DNA of 63,194 nt, filler included, from Hyphochytrium catenoides (lineage: Eukaryota > Protista > Hyphochytriomycota), in NCBI GenBank assembly GCA_900088475.1. It is 9 parts of 9 records of this genome, joined end to end, with 100 filler letters (N's around TTAATTAATTAA, not from the genome) between each part and the next. Parts side by side here need not be neighbours in the genome. Positions count along the whole stretch, not along the records: positions 43,022 to 53,758 come from FLMG01002287.1; positions 53,859 to 58,000 come from FLMG01000504.1; positions 58,101 to 59,864 come from FLMG01000115.1; positions 59,965 to 62,069 come from FLMG01002586.1; positions 62,170 to 63,194 come from FLMG01000147.1; 4 more parts are not named here. The stretch is one strand, 5' to 3'. Both the position numbers and the translations under genes were made by a program. How positions within the stretch are numbered: position 1 is the first letter of the stretch; each line of letters starts with the position of its first letter. This document shows positions 52,894 to 63,194 of this stretch, in pieces. The notes below the pieces were generated by a model. The model saw only the letters and a program-made list of their open reading frames with translations. It was not told where the DNA came from and made no database searches.

Positions 52894-55036
52894 GGCTTTT
52901 GACCCATGAGGCGTAGAAACAAACAGTTCTCTTTCACTTTGTCTCTCCCTTCTCCTTCTCTCCTCCTCTCTCGCTCTCTGCGCTCTCTCTCTTTCTCTCT
53001 CTCTCTCTGCAATTATTGTCCGCGTCCTTCAGAGGCTTGGGTGCTCTTCTCTCTAAGCTTTTTCTTCTCTAGTCAGAGGCTTGATCCATGATGGCACGGT
53101 CCCTCTGCCACGCTCACCCCTCGTATCGCATAGATAACGTATGCAGATCCTTGGTTCGTGGATGGGCAGCGTGATGACTCTTTACGTGGAAGGAGTAGAC
53201 ATCGAGGAGAAAGATAGCAGCTCTTTCTTTCCTTCCTCGCCGCACGGCTGCTGCACGCTCCGACAGGCTTTGGAGGAGGAGAGAGAGGAGAGAGGAGGAC
53301 AGAAGAGAGCTTTCGTGCTTTTTGCTTCTTTTCTGCTCTGGGTTCTACCTCCTCCTCATTATCTCATGGAAGAACAAAGAGCGAGGTAGCGTGCAGGACA
53401 GCTCGTCTGATCTCCGTGTCTCTCCTTCCTCGTCGGAAACACCCGTTCTCCCTTTGAAAAGACTGACGACCGATAAAGATTGAAGACGTGAACTTGTGCC
53501 CTGCGCACAGTAGCTGGGCAATCCGTCGGTTTAGTTGAAACGGGCTGCTGGCCGTACAGAAAGGGAAGGAGAGAAGAGTAATAACCGAAAGAGTTGAAAG
53601 AAGGACCAAGGCGGTAGCGACGGCGATAGAGAGAGAGAGAAATAACAAGGTGGGCCATGGGGGGAGGGAGAGAGTAGGCTACTAGGGGGCCAAGAGACAG
53701 CGAAAGAGGGGGATAGAGAGAGAGTTAGATGAGAGAGAGAGGAGAGAGAGAGAGAGAGNNNNNNNNNNNNNNNNNNNNNNNNNNNNNNNNNNNNNNNNNN
53801 NNTTAATTAATTAANNNNNNNNNNNNNNNNNNNNNNNNNNNNNNNNNNNNNNNNNNNNAGAGAGAGAGAGAGAGAGACCAAATGAGTAAGAAAGCGAGAA
53901 TAAGGAGTGAAGTCCCGGGAGCCGCAAGAAGAGAGAGTGAGAGCGAGGGACAAAGGCGAGGTAGGAAGAGAGAGAGCGAGGAAGAGAGAGAGAGAGAAGT
54001 GGGGGAGAACGAGAGGACAAGCGAGGGACAAACATAAATAGACAGATGCCAAGAAAGCGGAGTCAGAAGAAGATGGTGCAGAGGAAATAGGGAGAGGGAA
54101 AAGGGAAGAAAGAGCGGAAAAAGAAAGAATGAGAGCGAGAGAGAGGGGAAGAGAGAGAGAGAGAGACGGAGACAGGCAGAGAGAGAGAGAGACAGACAGA
54201 GAGGGAGAAAAGCATCATCTCAAAATAAACTCTCACATTTGTCTTTGGCACTCCGCTTTTTTACTGGTGGTGGCGCTGCTCTGTCTCTCCATTCTTTCGG
54301 TCTCTCTCTCGTTTCAATCTGCCTGTCGATTCCTGGTTTTCTCTCTCGGTCTGTTTCTCTCCCTCTTGCCTTTTCTCTCTCTTTCTCTCTCTCGTGCGAG
54401 CTGGTATCTCTCTCGTTGATGTTCTCTCTCTTGCTCTCCAGCGGCGCCGACGAGAGACGAACCAGCTCCTGAAGAAAAGCAGCGTCATCCCAGCACGCGT
54501 CGTCCATTGGAAGATTAAATGGAACAGAAGCGAGCGAGCGGGAGAGAGAGAGAGAGAGAGGGAAAAAAAAGGGAGAGAGAGGGACAAAGAGAGAGAGAGA
54601 GAGAGAGAGGACTGAGAGAGAGAGAGTGAGAGAGGGCTGAGGGAGAGAGAAGAAGTAGAGAGAGATGGAGAGAGAATGGGAAATGGAGACAGGACTAAAG
54701 GGAGAAAGACGAAGAGAGAAGAGAGAGATCGCTGTGAAGACCTACAAGGAGGGCAAGCGGCCCTCCTCCTGCCTGGGCGAAGAGAGACAAATAGCGAGAG
54801 CGGGATCGAGGAGAGAGAGACACAGAGAGAGGGAGAAAGAGAGAGAGACAAAGGGAGACCAGCAGCAAAGAAAGGGAGTCTTGCGGTGAGCTGCTCAGCA
54901 GGAGGTGGAGCGGTCCTTGATAATTGATGATGGCTCTCTCTCCTACCTATTCCTTGCCGCCTGACAACACATTCCTCCCCCTTTCCTCGCGATACTGCGA
55001 TGATACTGCTCGCAATTACCTCTCTTTCTCTCTCTC

Positions 55037-55086
<50 letters not shown>

Positions 55087-55201
55087 GCTCCCACTTCTTC
55101 ATACATTTTGTATACAGTACTTTGCGCGGGAATCACATGAGACCGCTAACGGCCAAGGATCGGCCTTCCAAGGCAAGAATCATCTCTCTCTGTCTCTTTC
55201 G

Positions 55202-55242
<41 letters not shown>

Positions 55243-55573
55243 CTGGTCAGAGGCTGGCCCCTAGCCTCTTGACATGTGAGCGCCGCCTGTTGCTGCTGCC
55301 GCGCTGTAGGTCGTCAGCCGTGCCCAGTCTTCATATATTCTTCCCTATGGTCAGGATGGGCACATGTGAGAGCCGTAGGTCAGGTACTAAGCCAGCCAGC
55401 ATCCACAGAATAGAAGGCTCTCCTGCCGTGCTCAGAGGATGGGGATGACCTCTCTCACTATCACTCGGGGCTGCCGCCATGCTCTGGCCCTCCCCAACGA
55501 CACGCAAGGGAGCAGCTCCCAGAAAGAGAGAGAGCCCTCCCTGTGGCATGAGAGCGGCAGTCTATTATGAACT

Positions 55574-56207
55574 TCATAGTTTGTTCTCTTCTGCTGTGAC
55601 TTCTGAAGACTTCTCTTTGCCTCTGTTCTCTCCAGCTCTCTCTTCCTTGGCCTCCTCTCCCCCGCTACGTCCCTGCTCCTGTAGATAGTCCCTAACATTA
55701 AGAACGGTGTCCGCAGCCCGACGCTGAAAAGCTGTCAATGGTTCTTTCTCTTTGTCCTTCTTCCCTGCTTCTTCCCCTCTCTCTCTCTCTTCTTCTCTCT
55801 CCCCTTGTTCCTGCTGTCTACTGGGTGCACTACGGTCTTTCATGGCTGCCTTCACTGCCCCAGTCACGGTCCTGGTCACTTTTTGAAAGGCGTCTCCTGT
55901 CAGTTTGTCGATCTCAGAGATGACGGGAGACTTTGAAGGCACAGCAGGCGCGTGCTGAGCTGCATGATGGAGACAGAGAGTGAGAAGTGAGAGAAAGAAA
56001 GGAAGTGAGACCGAAATGGAGAAGAGTGTGGGATCATTAGGCAGAGCCTTAGAAGGAAAAAGGAGAGATAGAGAGAAACAGATGGCGCGAGAGAGCACCA
56101 AGAGAAGAGAGAGAGGAGCACTTGTGACCTATGGGTCAAGCGCTTCGGCGTTAAGAACAAGGAACTGGATGGACAGGGAAACACAGCGCGAGCGAGCGAG
56201 CGAGGAG

Positions 56208-56263
<56 letters not shown>

Positions 56264-57643
56264 TAAAGAGGGAGAGAAGAGAGTCTTTCCAATGCCTCAC
56301 CTGCATCTCCAACGCCCTCGATCATTTCTCCCAGTGTGGACTTGAGGTCTCCAAAGAGCACGGAAGCTTTCTTCTCTAGACCAGGGAACAAGGGGCCATC
56401 GACCCGCAGAGGAGTACGTAGTGGTCCTAGAGGCGTTCCCTTTGCCTCTTCTTCCTCTCTTTCCTTCTGCTCTTGCTCTCTTCTCTCCGCCTCCGGAGCC
56501 TCCTCGAAAGCCCGTCCTTCGCGAGCTGCTGTGGCGTTCTCTAATGATTCTGTGGGACGGCCATCGCGTCGTAAAGCAGCAGTTAGAAGGGTTCTTGAGG
56601 ATAAAAAAGAGAGAGAGAGAGGCGGAAGAAGAGTAGCGCCATCTCCTACCTTGTGCCATAGCACTCTGTAAGATGATCATTCCAGGGCCTCTCACTCTCT
56701 TCCTTTGGAACCCTTTCTCTTCTTCTCCAACCGAGCGGGGCTGTAGGGCAAGAGGGAGAACAAGAAGCTTCTCTTGATGAAAGTCGAGAGCTTCTCTTCG
56801 TTGCAGCTCCTTAGGGACAAGTGCCCCCGAGATCTGCAGTGACAAGATTAGAGTTTACCCGCTGTCTCTTTCTCTCTCTCTTGCTCTTAAACCTAGTCTC
56901 TCTGTGTTTCTCTCTCTAAACCTTTCATTTCTTGTCGCTCTCTTCTCTCTGTTATCTTCCCTTATCTCCCTGAGTCTCTCTCCCACTAGTGACAACTTGT
57001 CTTGGGTCCCAACCTGTAAGATTAGCGCGAGCTGGGAGCCTCCTACGGGAGCTTTGACTCTGTAAAACGCGCCATCGAACTGCTTGTGAAAGAGACTTCC
57101 GTTAGATCTCCACCAGTCTGCCTGCAGCGTAAGCGTAGGAAGCCAATGGCCCAGGTGGCACGGGAGAGAGACTCAATGCAGGAGAAGGATGGGAAGTCGT
57201 GCCTTGATATTGATGCATGAAGAGAAGCGGACAAGATATAAGCGCAGAGAGGAGCAGAGCTAGAAGAGGGAGAGAGAGATGGCGCAGGGAAAGGGTGCAT
57301 CTACCTCTTCAATCGCTAGGGACCCATCCATACAGACTAACGCTTCTTTGCGGACCACAAGGTCGCTTTGAACGAGAGAGAGATCTACGTACGCCAGCTG
57401 GAGGAAGAGACGTCACCCGCAACATAGAGTTAGTCAGGTGCAGACGCAGCCAGGCAGAGAGAAAAATAAAGACAGGAGAAGTGCTAGCCAAGAGCGATCG
57501 TTATCATCTGTCGAGTCTTTTGGGGGAACAGCTAGAGAGACACAAGGAGAGACAACCAGTTGAAGGAGGGGACCAAACGTCAGAGAGTTAGAGATAGAGA
57601 AAGAGAGAGTGTGAGTATGAGTGTGAGAGAAAGAGAGAAGACA

Positions 57644-57675
<32 letters not shown>

Positions 57676-58000
57676 TAGCACCACTATGAGACGATCGCCG
57701 TCACTACTGCGAGGAGGAAGAGGTTTCAACTCCGCCTTTCACCTTTTTTCCAGCCTTGGGCCCAACGAAAACATTGCCGGGGTTACCGGAGGTGGAGAGA
57801 CATAAGAAGTCGCCGCTGCGACAGGGAAGGAATGCGGGCAAAAGAGAGGAGCAATGACAAGAGGTCAGGTGACCGTCACTCCCACCGGGCGGGTTCAGGA
57901 AAGAAAGAAGTGAAAGGAAAGAGAGGGAGAGAGAGAGAGAGAACGGAAGAGAGAAAGAGAGAGAACGTACGCTCGTTCTTTAGTTTCCAGCTGCGGACTG
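55574..58000 (-). CDS. AIM24-like (DUF124) protein with extended C-terminus, 5' truncated
   Basis: Manual splicing gives GDFLCLSTSGNPGNVFVGPKAGKK|LAYVDLSLVQSDLVVRKEALVCMDGSLAIEE|ADW..GAFYRVKAPVGGSQLALILQ|ISGALVPKELQRREALDFHQEKLLVL..RVRGPGMIILQS. This fits the AIM24 pattern ending in GPG-x-x-x-x-QS. Confidence 0.65.
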
Positions 58001-58100
58001 NNNNNNNNNNNNNNNNNNNNNNNNNNNNNNNNNNNNNNNNNNNNTTAATTAATTAANNNNNNNNNNNNNNNNNNNNNNNNNNNNNNNNNNNNNNNNNNNN

Positions 58101-59864
58101 CTACTCTCTGTCCTTCTTCCAGCTTGGAGTCATCATCCTTGTCTTTGTTACCTTTCTTCTCAGACTCCATCATGCGGATGAGGTCCCGTGTGACGTGATC
58201 CTCTTTCTCTCCATCGTCATAGCTGATGTCGTAGGTTCCGTCACTTCGGACGCGAGAGACTTTTCCGGGATAATACCTTGAGCGACCCTTAAAGCGCGCC
58301 TCGACCTTTTGTCCCTCTTCTAGTTTAGAGTCATCATTCTTTTCTTTGTTACTTTTCTTCTCAGACTCCATCACACGGATGAGGTCCCGTGTGACGTGAT
58401 CCTCTTTCTCTCCATCATCATAGTCAATGTCATAGGTACCATCCCTTCGGACGCGAGAGATCTTTCCGGGATAGTACTTGGATCGACCCTTGAAGCGTGC
58501 CTCAACCTTCTGTCCTTCTTCTAGCTTGGAGTCATCATCCTTGTCTTTGTTACCTTTCTTCTCAGACTCCATCACGCGGATGAGGTCCCGTGTAACATGA
58601 TCCTCTTTCTCTCCATCATCATAGCTGATGTCGTAGGTTCCGTCACTTCGGACGCGAGAGATCTTTCCGGGATAGTACTTGGATCGACCCTTGAAGCGTG
58701 CCTCTACTCTCTGTCCTTCTTCCAGCTTGGAGTCATCATCCTTGTCTTTGTTACCTTTCTTCTCAGACTCCATCACGCGGATCAGGTCTCTTGCCACGCT
58801 TTCTTCTTTCTCTCCATCATCATAGCTGATATCATAGGTTCCGTCCCTTCGGACGCGAGAGACTTTTCCTGGATAGTACTTGGAACGACCCTTGAAGCGC
58901 GCCTCAACTTTCTGTCCCTCTTCTAGCTTGGAGTCATCATCCTTGTCTATGTCGCTTTTCTTCTCAGACTCCAAGAAGCGAATGAGGTCCCGTGTGACGT
59001 GATCCTCTTTCTCTCCATCATCATAGCTGATGTCGTAGGTTCCGTCCCTTCGGACGCGAGAGATCTTTCCGGGATAGTACTTGGATCGACCCTTGAAGCG
59101 TGCCTCAACTTTCTGTCCCTCTTCCAGCTTGGAGCCATCATCCTTGTCTTTGTTACCTTTCTTCTCAGACTCCAACACACGGATGAGGTCTCTTGCCACG
59201 NNNNNNNNNNNNNNNNNNNNNNNNNNNNNNNNNNNNNNNNNNNNNNNNNGACTCCATCACGCGGATGAGGTCTCTTGCCACGCTTTCTTCTTTCTCTCCA
59301 TCATCATAGCTGATATCGTAGGTACCATCCCTTCGGACGCGAGAGATCTTTCCGGGATAGTACTTGGATCGACCCTTGAAGCGTGCCTCAACCTTCTGTC
59401 CCTCTTCTAACTTGGAGTCATCATCCTTGTCTTTGTTACCTTTCTTCTCAGACTCCAACACGCGGATGAGGTCCCGTGTGACGTGATCCTCTTTTTCTCC
59501 GTCGTCATAGTCGATGTCGTACGTTCCGTCACTTCGGACGCGAGAAATCTTTCCGGCATAGTACTTGGATCGACCCTTGAAGCGCGCCTCGATCTTCTGT
59601 CCCTCTTCCAGCTTGGAGTCATCATCCTTGTCTTTGTGACTTTTCTTCTCAGACTCCAACATACGGATGAGGTCTCTTGCCACGCTTTCTTCTTTCTCTC
59701 CATCGTCATAGCTGATGTCATAGGTTCCGTCCCTTCGGACGCGAGAGATCTTTCCGGGATAGTACTTGGATCGACCCTTGAAGCGTGCCTCAACCTTCTG
59801 TCCCTCTTCTAGCTTGGAGTCATCATCCTTGTCTTTGTTACCTTTCTTCTCAGACTCCATCACG
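58101..59864 (-). CDS. Tandem Tudor/Agenet-like repeat protein, internal fragment
   Basis: About 8 near-identical 67-aa units with a 201-bp period: LEEGQKVEARFKGRSKYYPGKISRVRRDGTYDISYDDGEKE..V.RDLIR. The frame is open at both contig ends. Confidence 0.9.
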
Positions 59865-60173
59865 NNNNNNNNNNNNNNNNNNNNNNNNNNNNNNNNNNNN
59901 NNNNNNNNTTAATTAATTAANNNNNNNNNNNNNNNNNNNNNNNNNNNNNNNNNNNNNNNNNNNNTCAGGCATTGCCATCCAGCTCTGTAAATTCATCAGG
60001 TAATGTTTGCCCCACACTCGCTGGTGGTGGTGACTGGCTTCTTCATCTTCTCAATCACCTGAGCTGCTAGAGTGACGATCCTGTCGCATATATGACCAAA
60101 GAAAGGCGGAGTTCATCCCCACAATATCACTGTTCTACACAGCAAGGACCAGTATCCTATCTGGTCAAGCCGG

Positions 60174-60496
60174 TGTTGGAGTCTGAGGGCGCAGCTATGT
60201 GGCCTACAAGCTGACAAGCTTAACTACCCAAGTTTCAGCTCTAAACTCCCAGTAGAAGCCGAGATATGAAGTAAACGAAATGTCCCTGTTTATATCTATG
60301 GCTTATGGTCAGTACCCCAGGATACCTCCAGGACTCACTATTCTAGACAGGGATATCTCTATAACTCCATATCTTAGACTATATTAGGAGTAGTTGGCAT
60401 AGTCAGAATAGCTCTAGATTATGGGACCCCAGTTGGGCTTATAGGTAGAGCACTCTCATCTAATGACATTGTCCAATTATCCCATATAATTCAACA
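60174..60496 (+). mobile_element. 5' LTR of a Ty1/copia element
   Basis: Starts TGTTGGA and ends TTCAACA (TGTTG...CAACA termini), 323 bp, immediately followed by a PBS. Confidence 0.8.
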
Positions 60497-60510
60497 GGTT
60501 ATGGGCCCAC
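60497..60510 (+). promoter_or_regulatory. Primer-binding site for a half initiator tRNA-Met (copia/hemivirus type)
   Basis: GGTTATGGGCCCAC lies directly after the LTR end CAACA. It is complementary to the anticodon arm (TGGGCCCATAACC) of tRNA-iMet. Confidence 0.88.
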
Positions 60511-61038
60511 GCGTCCCCCAGGACTCGGAAACTTGTTCTGAGGCCTCTGAGCCAACCACTGGACCATTGCGATCCCGCCCGAGACCAAGATCAAGTCGGC
60601 CCCCTGGAGCAGCCAAGGAGCTCCACTGGGCAATAACGGCTACTCGGTCTCGCCAGCGGACAAAACAACTAGCCAGTACCGGCTACCGGTACTGTCATAA
60701 AGCCGCTAACGGCAATCCAGTTTCATTGAAACTTTCCGGAATATTTCAACGAAAACTTTGTGGAAACACTCGAAGCATTGAAAAGTTTCATCCAAATTTC
60801 GGTATAAATTTCAACCCCTCCAATGAAAAGAGTCAAAGAGTGACAGGGGGTAAATCGGCGTCGCTGAGTTCATTGGTGCCATAATTTTCTTCTGAAACCG
60901 CTTCGTTTTGGAGATATTGTCCAATTTATCAAGGCAAGAAGAGCACCAAATCCTACGGACACAAAGTCTAATATTGTCCATTTCTCTATTCATTCTCATT
61001 ATCAAGACCTATATCAAGCCGCCAGAATCATCAACATT

Positions 61039-62069
61039 ATGAGCTCTTTCGTGGTAACGATATCAAAGCTACAAGGGATGGAGGATTACCCTGTTTGGCT
61101 ATTGAAAATGGAGGCTTATCTCGATGAACTGAACCTCCTTCATCATGTTGACGGGAGCCAACGATCCCCTGATGTCTCCTCTGTTATAATGTATGGGATT
61201 TGAAGACACTCTTATTTAGGTCATGTGGTCTACTGATATGCTCGAAGTGAGTATGAAGAGCTTATGGGACCCTGTTTCCTAGTTATCACGTTGTCTAGTT
61301 GCTCTGGAGAGTAACTGTGTCTCGTATAAACTACTAGACCCAGTTACTACTTCTTGTCGTCGTGTGATGACCTACCTAATGATAATAATCTAGTTATCAT
61401 AACTCAGAACACTTTGTTTGTGCCTTCTTCCTCTTGTCAGATAGAGTCTGGAACTGTGAGCCTTTTAGAGCTCTTGTCAGCTTCTGCTCTCAACATCCTC
61501 AAAGAACAAGTCCATGTCTACGTCTAGGGCTACCATGCAGTCTTCTTGGCTAAGGAATGACAAAAGGGCATTCAACAAGATTGTTTTGGCAGTGGCTGGC
61601 AGCATTATTCCACTTCTACCTCGTATTATTCACTTCTACCTCGTAGAGGGACTGCGAGAGAAGCTTGGCTCAAATTGGAAGAATCTTTTGAAAGCAGAAG
61701 CGCAAACAACATTGTGACTACTCTTACCTCCTTCCTATCGGCAAAGGCAGATGAAGAACAAGACATTAGCCTCTTCCTGTGCCAGCAGAGAAGAAAGCTT
61801 GAGTTACTTCGAAAAATAATGGAGAAGAAAGATTTCTACGACAACCTCTACAAAGCCGAGTACTTATGGCCCTTCCACCCTCATATGAAGGTATTGCTCA
61901 AGCCATCCAAGTGCGTGGCACGGGGGAACTATGTGCAAGTGCCATAGATGATATTCTCATCGGAGAACAACACCGAAGACGTGCTATGCGCACTACCAAC
62001 AAGCATTATGATGAAGAAGAAGGCTTTGCTGCATACACTCTACATCAACAAAGGATAAAGGAACCTCAC
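61039..62069 (+). pseudogene. Copia gag, disrupted
   Basis: MSSFVVTISKLQGMEDYPVWLLKMEAYLDELNLLHHVDG is a copia gag N-terminus. It resumes after the solo LTR as WLRNDKRAFNKIVLAV..TAREAWLKLEESFESRS (UBN2-like). A 20-bp duplication at 61604-61644 shifts the frame. Confidence 0.85.
61182..61495 (-). mobile_element. Solo LTR inserted in gag, with 5-bp TSD
   Basis: Termini TGTT...AACA, 314 bp, flanked by TCCTC at 61177-61181 and 61496-61500. Removing it and one TSD restores the gag frame. Antisense orientation is inferred from motifs shared with the host LTR. Confidence 0.88.
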
Positions 62070-62169
62070 NNNNNNNNNNNNNNNNNNNNNNNNNNNNNNN
62101 NNNNNNNNNNNNNTTAATTAATTAANNNNNNNNNNNNNNNNNNNNNNNNNNNNNNNNNNNNNNNNNNNN

Positions 62170-63079
62170 ATGTGTCTCGTTCGGTCTTGTCCCAAAGCGC
62201 GACCGCCGCAAGCTGGACCCGAAGGGAAAGAAGTACGCTCTCGTAGGCTATGGCTCTCACTCAAAAGCATATCGGGTCTACGATTTTGGGACTCAGACCG
62301 TCATCGATCGTCGAGATCTTGTCTTTGAGAGGCAACCGCAGCGTGTGGAACGGATCACGCTGGGTCTACTGAGAGTGACTCACTGCTGGTTGATATTCTT
62401 GAGCCACTTGCGGACGGCTCTGGCAACTCCGACCCAAATGATATCCCGCGCATACCACAGAGAATCAGTTCCGGGAACTTGAAGACCATGAAGATCCCGA
62501 TATTCACCTTTCCGTAGGCACCGGACAAGCAAGTGAAGAGACTCAGATGATCAATCCTCCTCAGTAAGTATGGACTCCGAATCCAGTGATCAAATTAACG
62601 GTGAAAAGTACTCTGAAGACTCAGATGAGCAATCCTCAGTAAGATCGGAGGCATCAGATCATGCTGCCGCAGTAGATCCCGACACAAGCTTGGAAGTTGA
62701 CGAGTATGAGGAATGTGAGACACCTGATCACAACTCTGTAGCCGACTCGTCCTTGGCAAAGAGGTACTCCCAGCAGGACTCGCTCTGGATGCGGCCGGGA
62801 CCCTCAACTCTCTCCAGGTTCAAGAACTGGTGACTTTAGAAGACGCTTTGGCCTCTCCCCAGACAGGGGGTTGGCAGGAGGCAATCTCCAGAGAGCTACA
62901 TTCCATGGAGCAGCACGGGATATGGGAACTGGTTCCCCGCCCTCATGGAGCAAACATATTGGGATGCGCTGGGTATTTAACGTCGAGACCAACGCTGATG
63001 GGACTGTAGAGAGGTACAAGGCAAGGTTAGTGGCACAAGGTTTTCGACAGAAGAAGGGAGTCGATTATCAAGAAGTGTT
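62170..63079 (+). mobile_element. Ty1/copia pol remnant (integrase C-terminus + RT N-terminus), frameshifted
   Basis: RRKLDPKGKKYALVGYGSHSKAYRVYD..RDLVFE, then WQEAISRELHSMEQHGIWELVPRP and RWVF..DGTVERYKARLVAQGFRQKKGVDYQEVF. The order is integrase before RT. Confidence 0.93.
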
Positions 63080-63194
63080 TGTTGAACTGTGATCGACGCT
63101 GAAACCAAAAAGTGTACAGCGGACGAGGCAGAGGGGAAAAATCCCTGGTATATAAACAGAAACGGAGATTAGTCAAGAGTACGTTTGGTGTATG
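63080..63194. mobile_element. Probable start of another LTR interrupting RT
   Basis: RT similarity stops abruptly at DYQEVF, exactly where TGTTGAA begins. The window ends before the other terminus. Confidence 0.5.

Noticed and set aside
54220-54507. Possible first exon MDDACWDDAAFLQELVRL on the minus strand
   Set aside because: No recognisable domain, repeat-rich, and the contig ends shortly after.
39251-62169. Apparent clustering of PPR, IleRS, AIM24-like, Tudor array and copia as one system
   Set aside because: Each lies on a separate contig joined by artificial linkers, so adjacency carries no information.

Overview
Eukaryotic, intron-rich genomic DNA from a protist. A stramenopile is likely, inferred from the gene families, but the organism is not identified. 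The window is not continuous: eight artificial 100-bp linkers (44 N + TTAATTAATTAA + 44 N) join nine contigs, so neighbourhoods across linkers are not real. Genes I could reconstruct by hand: a BED-finger/hAT-derived ORF lacking its catalytic core, proteasome ATPase RPT2 (8 exons), a PH-RasGAP, UCH37/UCHL5 (11 exons), the 5' part of U2SURP/SR140, an APC-family permease fragment, a C2/coiled-coil CCDC33-like gene, an intronless PPR array with decayed copies upstream, part of cytosolic IleRS, a cytochrome-P450-reductase-like protein with eroded flavin motifs, a multi-pass membrane protein, an AIM24-like gene and a 67-aa Tudor tandem array. The last two contigs hold nested Ty1/copia remnants (LTR with half-tRNA PBS, solo LTR with TSD, integrase/RT). 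Most short ORFs in the track are (CT)n/(AG)n artefacts. The most interesting signals are the PPR array with higher-order periodicity and variation at its code positions, introns bracketed by complementary AG/CT repeats, the apparent pseudo-reductase, the core-deleted hAT protein and the copia-in-copia nesting.
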